From the NCBI GenBank assembly GCA_038087875.1, contig CM075987.1, positions 28,088,001-28,152,000 of the forward strand: 64,000 bases of DNA, given 5' to 3'. Shown here in pieces: positions 52,001 through 61,000 of this stretch; position 1 is the stretch's first letter; the number at the start of each line of letters is the position of its first letter. The position numbers and the translations under genes are program-made. The notes below the pieces were generated by a model. The model saw nothing but the letters and a program-made list of their open reading frames with translations, was not told the origin of the DNA and did not search any database. The stretch is from Malacoraja senta. Its lineage: Eukaryota.

Positions 52001-55000
52001 CTATTCTACTTGTTACATCCCCAAAAAGTTCCAGAAGATTAGTCAAGCATGATTTTCCCTTCATAAATCCATGCTGACTGACCGATCATGTCACTGCTTT
52101 CCAAATGCGCTGCTATAACATCTTTAATAATCGACTCAAGCATCTTCCCCACTAACGATGTAAGGCTAACTAGTCTATAATTCCCTGTGTTCTCTCTTCC
52201 TCCTGTCTTAAAAAGTGGGGTTAACTACCCTTCAGTCCACAGGAACTGATCCAGAGTCTACAGAACATTAGAAAATGGTCATCAATGCATCCACGATTTC
52301 TAGGGCAACCTCCTTGAGTACCCTGGGATGCAGACCATGAAGGGGCTGTCCCACTGAGGCAAACCGACTCAAACTCGCAGCATGGCCGACACGTGGTCCT
52401 AGGAGGTCCTATGAGGTCACTGGAACTCTCCTTCATGCTCGAGGGAAGTTCCCGCATACTCGCGGCCTCAGTTTGGTCGAGGAAAAATTCTCAGCATGTT
52501 GAAAAGTTTTCCGCGAGTAAAAATTGGTCGGCATGGTTCTTTTGAACTCATAGTGCAGTGGAGTGGGGTCGCTATGTAGTTACAGGCAGTCGAGGGCAGC
52601 TGTAGGCAATCTCCTTCACTGACCGGGCATTTTAATTGACTCATTGGAGTTTCAGGACCAAGGAAAAGCGACCGGTAATGTAAAATGCTCGCTAAACTTT
52701 ATTAAAAGTTGTCTGGCTTCTTAAAAATGTCTCCACCCCTCCCCCCCCCCCCACGTTCTCGCCCCGTTCTCGCCCCCTTCTCTCCCCTTCTCTCCCCCTC
52801 TCTTGCCCTCTCTCCCCCTCTCCCCCCCTCTCTCCCCTTCTCTCCCCTTCTCTCCCATTCTCTCTCCCCCCTCCTCTCTAAAGGACTTACCATACAGTGT
52901 GGCAGCTGTCTTTTACCTTCCTCTTCATCGCAGGTGTGAATTTCAGACAGCGCTCCCCGCCTTTGCGATGTGTTTGTGTGTGTGTGTGTGTGCGTGCGGT
53001 CGGTCGATCCAGCTCGCGGTTTCAATGCTGACGATCGATCCAGCTCGACGTTTTTCAGGCGAGTATCCTCGAGCTTGAAGGTCGAAGACAGTCGCTGAAA
53101 GGTTGCGTCAGTGGGGACAGGCCCTTTAGGCCCTGAGGATTTATCTGCCTTCAGTCCTAACAGTTTACCTAACGCCATTTCCTGACTAACGTGGATTTCC
53201 TTCAGTTCCTCCCTCCCGCTAGACCCTCGGTCTCCTAGTATTTTGGGGAGATTATTTGTGTCTTCCTCAGTGAAAACGGAACCTAAGTAATTGTTTAACT
53301 GTTCTGCTATTTCCTTGTTTCCCATTATAAATTCACCTGTTTCTGACTGTAAGGGATCTACATTTGTCTTCACTAATCTCTTCCTCTTCACATATCTATA
53401 GAAGCTTTAACAGTTTTTATATTCCCCGCAAGCTTTTTTCATGCTCTATTTTCCCCCTCTTAATTAACACCTTTGGCAAGTCATCATGTAATTATGCTTC
53501 ACATGAGGATAGTGTTCTAACATCATACAATTTACTTACCTAGTGAGAACATATAGCACAATATCTTTCAACTATTAATGTTAAAGCAGACGTAAGTCAA
53601 ACAATATGTCAATTAATATTGTACAAGTTAGGGTCACATGTAGATTTTTTTTTAATTTCAATTTTTTACTTATATTTTCAATGTTTTATATATGTTTCTT
53701 TGGTCTGCAATTTTCCCACATTTAATCTTTCTACTGCTAAAATTCTGTTCATAATTCTGATAATGTTTCTTGTTTATTTTGTTTTCTCAGTAATATGAAG
53801 GAGTCTCCATCTCCTGATATGTAAGTATACTGAGGTTCTTCAGACAGATTTGAAAATACTCCTTAGAGAAAACTCTGGAGATTGGAGAAAAAACTCTAAT
53901 CTCTTTAGGAAAGAGATTAAACTGGTGTCAGGGGATATGGGGAGAAGGGAGGAGAATGGAGTTTGAATGGAGAGATAGATCAGCCATAATAGAATGGCGA
54001 AGTAGACAATGGACCAAATGGCCTAATTCTACTCCGATCACTTATGGCCTTATGTTCCCTGTGCCATGTGCTATTGGATATAGAGATAGCAGATTCAAAT
54101 TCTTAAAGCAGTGAGTTCCGTGGAAAGTGGGATCTGTACAGGCCAGATAGAATAATAGAGATACGACCCATGTCCTTACAGGAGAGTTTGTTAGTGTTGT
54201 GGGAGGAGGTTTAAACCAATTTAGCAGGAAGATAGGCACAGAAAGGTTGCACTGAAAAGGAGTAAGATATGGTACAGAAAGCAGTGAAAGAGTAAAACAG
54301 CATTAGAAAAGGATATTGAAAATTCTTAAGATCAGACCAAAGAATTTTGCAAGAAGATATAGGAAGGGTCTGTAATGCAGGCATGTAAAGGCAAACAACA
54401 AATTAAACAGTTGGTGTACTGCAGAACCTGGTAATCTTGGTTAAAAAAAAAGGACAGGACTGAGTTCTAAATATTACTGTAGACATAGTATTCATGAATG
54501 TCAAAGAAGAGGAGAAGTAGAGCAAGTGGCATTATTTAGAGTCATAGTCATACTGTGTGGAAACAGGCCCTTCAGCCCACCTAGCCCACACTGGCCAACA
54601 TGTCCCATCTACACTCATCCCTGCCTACATTTGGCCCATATCCCTCTAAACTTGTCGTATCCATGTACCTGTCTAAATGTTTCTTAAATGTTGCAATAGT
54701 CCCTGCCTCAACTACCTCCTCCAGCAGCTCATTCCATAAAATCACCGCCCATTGTGTAAAAATGGTTACCCCTCGGGTTCCAATTAAATCTTTCCACCCT
54801 CACCTTAAACCTATGCCCTCTGCTTCGAGATTCCCCTACACCGGGCAAGATACTCTGTGTGTCTACCCCATATATTCCTCTCATGATTTTGTACACGTCT
54901 ATAAGATTCAGTCACTGAAAGTAAACATCAGGTCCAGCAGGCAGAGAAGAAAGACATTCCTTCAATTGACCAACATTGCGGGAGGATTTGAGTTTAGGAG

Positions 55001-58000
55001 CAAGAAGGTCCTACTGCAGTTGTAGGGCCCCGGTGAGACCGCACCTGGAGTATTGTGTGCAGTTTTGGTCTCCTAATTTGAGGAAGGACATTCTTGCTAT
55101 TGAGGGAGTGCAGCGTATGTTCACGAGGTTAATTCCCGGGATGGCGGGACTGACATATGATGAAAGAATGGGTCGACTGGGCTTGTATTCACTGGAATTT
55201 AGTAGGATGAGAGGGGATCTTATAGAAACATATTAGATTCTTAAAGGATCGGACAGGCTAGATGCAGGAAAAAATGTTCCCAATGTTGGGGGAGTCCAGA
55301 ACCAGGGGTCACAGTTTAAGAATAAGGAATAGGCCATTTAGGACTGAGATGAGGAAAAACCTTCAAACTCAGAGACTTGTGAATCTGCCACAGGAGGCAG
55401 TGGAGACCAAATCACTGGATGTTTTCAAGAGAGAGTTAGATTTAGCTCTTAGGGCTAAAGGAATCAAGGGATATGGGAAAAAAAGCCAAAATGGGGTACT
55501 GATTTTGGATGATCAGCCATGATCACAATGAATGGAGGTGCTGGCTCGAAGGGCCGAATGGCCTACTCCTGCATATATTTTCTATGTTTTCTATGTTTCT
55601 ATGTACCCCTCATCCTCCTGTGCCTTATGGAATAGAGTCCTAGCCTGCTTAACATCTCCCTATAGCTCAGTCCCTCGAGTCCTGGCAACATCCTTGTTAA
55701 TCTTCTCTACACCCTTTCAGGCTTGACAACATGTGCCCTATAACAAGATGCCCAAAATTGAACACAATACTTTAAATACGGTCCCGCCAACGTCTTAAAC
55801 AACCATTTCATAAGGAGAATATTACTGGAGAGAGGGAGGAATGATTGTGCATAAAATATATATTTTCAGATTTAAAAAGGCAATAGATTTTTGATTACCC
55901 TATGGCAAATATTCTATAAGCTGTCAACATGCGAAGGAAAGTGAGGAGCAAATTTTTAAGGATGGTCCAAAAAGTCCTGTGACCATAGTGGTTTATCCTA
56001 ATATAGACCACTTTAAAATTATTACGATGCTCTGCATTGTAAAATTATGTGCAATTCAATAAAAAGTATTTAGGTATACAGTGTGGAATGTTCACCTTAA
56101 GTCTGGATTTGTGATAGATCAATTGAGAAATTCATTACTAAGAAACATCAACAACTCCATTGTCATTGTATCATGGGACAACCAGAAGTCAATTGTGAGA
56201 TGAATGTACTTTTTTCTGTCCAGAATCTCCTGTGTAACCATGTTCCCAGCTGCAAATGCCATCATCCCGAAATTTCTGATGTTCTTTTGTGTCTTTAGGA
56301 TGAGAGCATCTCCGTCTAGACGTAGGTGAGTACAAAACACTGAGTCATTGGGAAGCACATTCCCATCTAGTATGTGAGCATTATTATCCAGTTATTATTC
56401 GGTCATGGTAATAAAGAAATCAATCCGCACATTTGTGATCCAGAATATTATTATAGATGGGGCCATAATGTTTCATAATGAAGGGAGATGATACGATGCT
56501 CCCACAACTAAATATATGACCAATTGATGGCTATTTGTGTCAGCAAATGATTATAGTCACAAAAACTCAACAAAGTGCATTTATTTACACTGTGCCTTAA
56601 ATGTTGCAAAAGCTCTGAATGAATTTAATATATGTGTCATCAAATAGAATCTGTAACAGATATACCGAAGGAGTTATTCGGGAGTACATAAATTGCTTAA
56701 CAGACTTTAAGGGATGTCTTAAAAGAGGAAGGCCTGAGAATTCATCCCCTTTTTGCAGCATGATACTTGTTGTTCAATTATGTCAATTTAATACATTTCA
56801 AAGGCCAACTAAGAGTCTCCAACATTTTCTGTTTTTGTTTCTGATTTAGAATCAGACTGATATTCCAAAGAGGGATGGGGGTCAGTGATTTCTCTCAAAG
56901 AAGTAATCTTGATTCCATTAGCACAAACATAATTCAGTTTAAAAAGATGTACAAAAACACTTTTTTTTAAGGATATTGGGATGAGGATAGGTGATTGTGA
57001 GTGGGATATTTGTTATACTGATTGTATTGGGAAGGGTGATTATAGGGTGATGGGTTGTATATATGACTAAGATACTGTATAGTATATGAGGGTTTTTTCT
57101 TTTCATTTTTTTCATTTTTTCTCTCTTTTTTTGTATGGCTTTGTAAATATTTGATTAGTGTATAAATGTAAATAATTTGGTGTACATATAGCTGCTGGTG
57201 TACATATAGCTGCTAAATTTGTATAAGATAATTATAAGCAGTTGAATAAGGGGTGGGAATTAATAAGCTTTGGCTTCTTCCTGCTCCTTTTCGGACACAT
57301 ACGATTTCATTTATTTATAAATATTGTTTATGACACATAAATATTCTTGTTTTGTTTTATTGTATGCTGTTTCACACTTGATTTTTATTCTTTTATTCTG
57401 TTCGAAATAAAGAATTAAATTAAAAAAAAATAATAATAATAATAATAAAGCCAGTGGAAATCGCAGAAAAAACTCTTCAATGGGCGGATTAATGGAAGAT
57501 AGTTGCGTTTATTATGGACAATTATATCCCAGGCCATCACTACAGAAATACATCAGAGTACAGACCCAGGCCAGATCTCTCACAGGTGCTTCATCACTAA
57601 TCTTTTCTCCTTCCAAATAGTCCCAAGCAGAAAGATGTGGACCATGTTCTTGATCAAAACCATGCAATGTTGGTGCCACGGAAAAGTTAGCAGCAATGAT
57701 CCATGCCCTAAAAATTGGATCACCTACAGCAAATCTCTCAAGTCACTGGGAAAATAGCACCATGCGCTCTCCGCAAAATCTTACAAATTCACTGAAGGGT
57801 TAACAAGTCTATCAGTATCTTCTCCCAGGCCAAAGTCCCGAAACCTGAGGCCCTAGTTACACACAGTCTCCTCCATTGGAGAAGCCTTGTCCTTTGCATG
57901 GCCAACGCCAGACTCATAGACACTCCTTTCGGACCTCTGGTCAAAGCTTCCTTGAAAAAAGATAACTTTCCCTCTGACACTTGGAATTCTCTGGCCTATG

Positions 58001-61000
58001 TCTGTAAAGCGTAATTCACACCAGCAATAATTCCAATAAGGTTTCAGTAGGAGATTATTATAACACATGCAGATAGACTTTAAATAAATACTTTGTGAGC
58101 CTTAGAACATGAGAAAATTATTTCTTATTCCTTCTAAAAGTCAAAACCAGGTGTTATTTCCTTCTTGATGTTCTCCATTACAGGCAGACAAAAAGTGGCA
58201 TTTTTTGACAGACTGACATTACATACGTTTCATATTTTAGATAAGCAGAAAATCAAACATAAATATTCACAAAATTATTGTATTTTTTCCTTTATTTTAT
58301 TCTGATTTGTGTAGTCCAACCTATGGTTTTAGCTCGGATGCATTACCATTTTCTACATGGTAAGTGTGATAACCCTGCCTATCAATTATCTTATAATAGT
58401 AAAGAAGGTTACAAAATGCTGAAGTAACTCAACGGATCAGGCAGCATCTCGTTGGCTAGGGACAGTGTAATCCCAAGAGGAATAGATTGATGCAAACTGT
58501 GGAGTGATTAAATGACTCTGGAGGAAGTGGGGTGGGAGGGGGAGGGAGAGGGAGGAGTGAGGGTGGCGTAGAAGTGTGTAGAAGTTAACTAAAATTAGAG
58601 AATTCAATGTTCATACTGCTCGGTTGTGAGCTACCAAAGCAAAATATGATGTTTCTGTTCCTCCAATATGCGCATGGCCTCACTCTGGCAATGGAGGAGG
58701 CTCGGGACAAAAAGGTCAGAATGGGAATGGGAAGGGGCGTTAAAGTGGTTTAGCAACTGGGAGGTCCAGTAGGCCTCGGTAGACCCATCGTAAGTGTTCA
58801 GCAAAACAGTCGGCGAGTCTAGGCTTGGTCACCCCGATGTACAGGAGCCCACATCAGGAACACTGGATGCATTAGATGAGGTTAGAGGAGGTGCATGTGA
58901 ACCTCTGTCTCACCCGTGTACTGGTAGCAGAAAATCTGAATGTGTAGGGATAGTTAAAGTTCCAATCAAGACACATGCTGAATGATGCTGCTTTTCCAAT
59001 GTGTTGATGGAATTCCAGTTATTCACGCAAAGATCAATTTTTAATCACTGTTAGTGTCTTGTAGATATTTGAAGGTTTGAGGGAACCAGGTGGCATGTCA
59101 CGCACACACTGCAATTAGGATATAATAGACCAAGGGGGACCCGTTGGGTCCCGCCCATCCCCTCAACGCGCCGTTGCAGGGGTGGGTGGGGGGGCCTGCG
59201 GCGTTACCCACACACTGCAAATTAGGATATAATGTAGTGGGTAAAATATAAAACAAACTACAGATGCTGGAAAATTGAAAAAAATGAAATAATGCTGGAA
59301 ATACTCAGCAGTTCTGTGTCTGTAAAAAGAGAAACAGTTAATATTTCAATTCCAGGACCCTTCTTCAGAACTAGGTAAGAGAGAAGTTAAGTTTGTTTTT
59401 AGTAGCAAGAAGGTCATGGAGGAATGGGTAAAAACAAAATAATATCTTTGACAGGATGAGACCAAATCAGTAAATGTAGAAGTAGGAGTCACGGTTGGTA
59501 TTAGATTATGCTCTGTATTGTTCATAGCTATCAGACATGCCCAACAGGCCAGACACATAGAAAAAGAAAAACTCAGCTGAAACAATGACCGGGTATGACA
59601 GAGTAAAAAATAAAGACAATTACCTAAAGTTGGAGAAAATATTGAGTCTAGATAGATACATGATGCCCAGACAGAAGATGAGGTGTTGTTATTCAAGCTG
59701 TCGTAACAGTGCAGAAGATCACAGGTAGAAAGGTCAAAGTGGAAGTGGGATCGTAAATTAGAGTGGCAGGCACCCAGAAGCTTATGGTCAGTCCTCTGGA
59801 TTGAATGCAAGTCTTTAAACAGTGAGCAAAGCAGATGAGAGTTCCCTTATTCTCAGAGTTAAAAGAGGAAGCACGGGCATTAAAGGAGTAAGGATGAGAA
59901 ATGATATATTGTGCTTGGTGCTGAGGAAAATAATGCAGAATAGAGAATTATATAGGCGGTGTAGTGTAGGCTAAATTATATAGAGAATTATGTAGGCTAA
60001 ATAGTGGTAAGTGGCAACTTACAGAAGATGAATAAAGATTGGAATATACTTGTTTTTCCAAACCTAGTTATAAGGTCATAAGAAATAGTAGAATTAGGCC
60101 ATTCGGCCATCAAGACTATGACATTCAATCATGGCTGATCTATCTCTCCCTCCTAACCCCATTCTCCTGCCTTCTCCCCATAACCTCTGACACCTGTACT
60201 AATCAAGAATCTATCTATCTCTGCCTTAAAAATATCCACCGACTTGGCCTCCACACTCTTCTGTGGCAAAGAATTCCATAGATTCACCACCCTCTGACTA
60301 AAGAAATTTCTCCTACTCTTCCTAAAAGAACGTCCTTTAATTCTGAGGCTATGACCTCTAGTCCTAGACTCCCCCACTAGTGGAAACATCCTCTCCACAT
60401 CCACTCTATCCGAGCTCACAATATTCCAAATGCGGCCTTACCAGCGCCTTATAGAGCCTCAACAATTTGACACAACAGTTTGACTGCCTGACCGCGGGAG
60501 AGGAAGCAAGAAAGAGATAAAACTTTTTGCATACAAGCCAACTTGAAATAAATGCTAGCATTGAGTTTGTTTTCTTTACTACTGATTCGACTTGCAGATT
60601 CACTTTTTGGGAATCCTGCACCAGCGCTCCCAAATCCCTTTGCAACTCCAATTTCTGGATTCTCACCACATTTAGAAAATAGTCTATGCCTTTATTCCTA
60701 CTACCAAAATGCATGACTCCACACTTTGCTACACTATATTCCATCTGCCACTTCTCTGCCCTCTCTCCCAACCCGTCCAAGTCCTGCAGAGTCCCTGCTT
60801 TCTCTGCACTACCTGCCCTTCTAGTTATGTTCGTATCATCCGTAAACTTGGCCACGAAGCCTTCAATCCACTTGTCCAAATCATTAATATACAACGTGAT
60901 GATTAGCGGCCCCAGGACCGACCCTGGGGAACTCCGCTAGTCACTGGCAGCCGACCAGAAAAAGCCCCCTTTATTGCCACTCTTTATCTTCTGCCATCCA

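Larger units (their letters stand above)
44645..53475 (-). mobile_element. CR1 LINE fragment interrupted by hAT(+DIRS) and Harbinger-like insertions
   Basis: CR1 sequence resumes exactly across both insertions. Confidence 0.8.

Noticed and set aside
52702..53391. 229-aa ORF with a G/E/R-rich tail
   Set aside because: Chimeric read-through from CR1 into a MITE microsatellite.
56850..56880. AG...GT segment of 31 nt
   Set aside because: Not a multiple of 3; it would put the next exon into a frame with a stop. It could be a poison exon, but there is no support.
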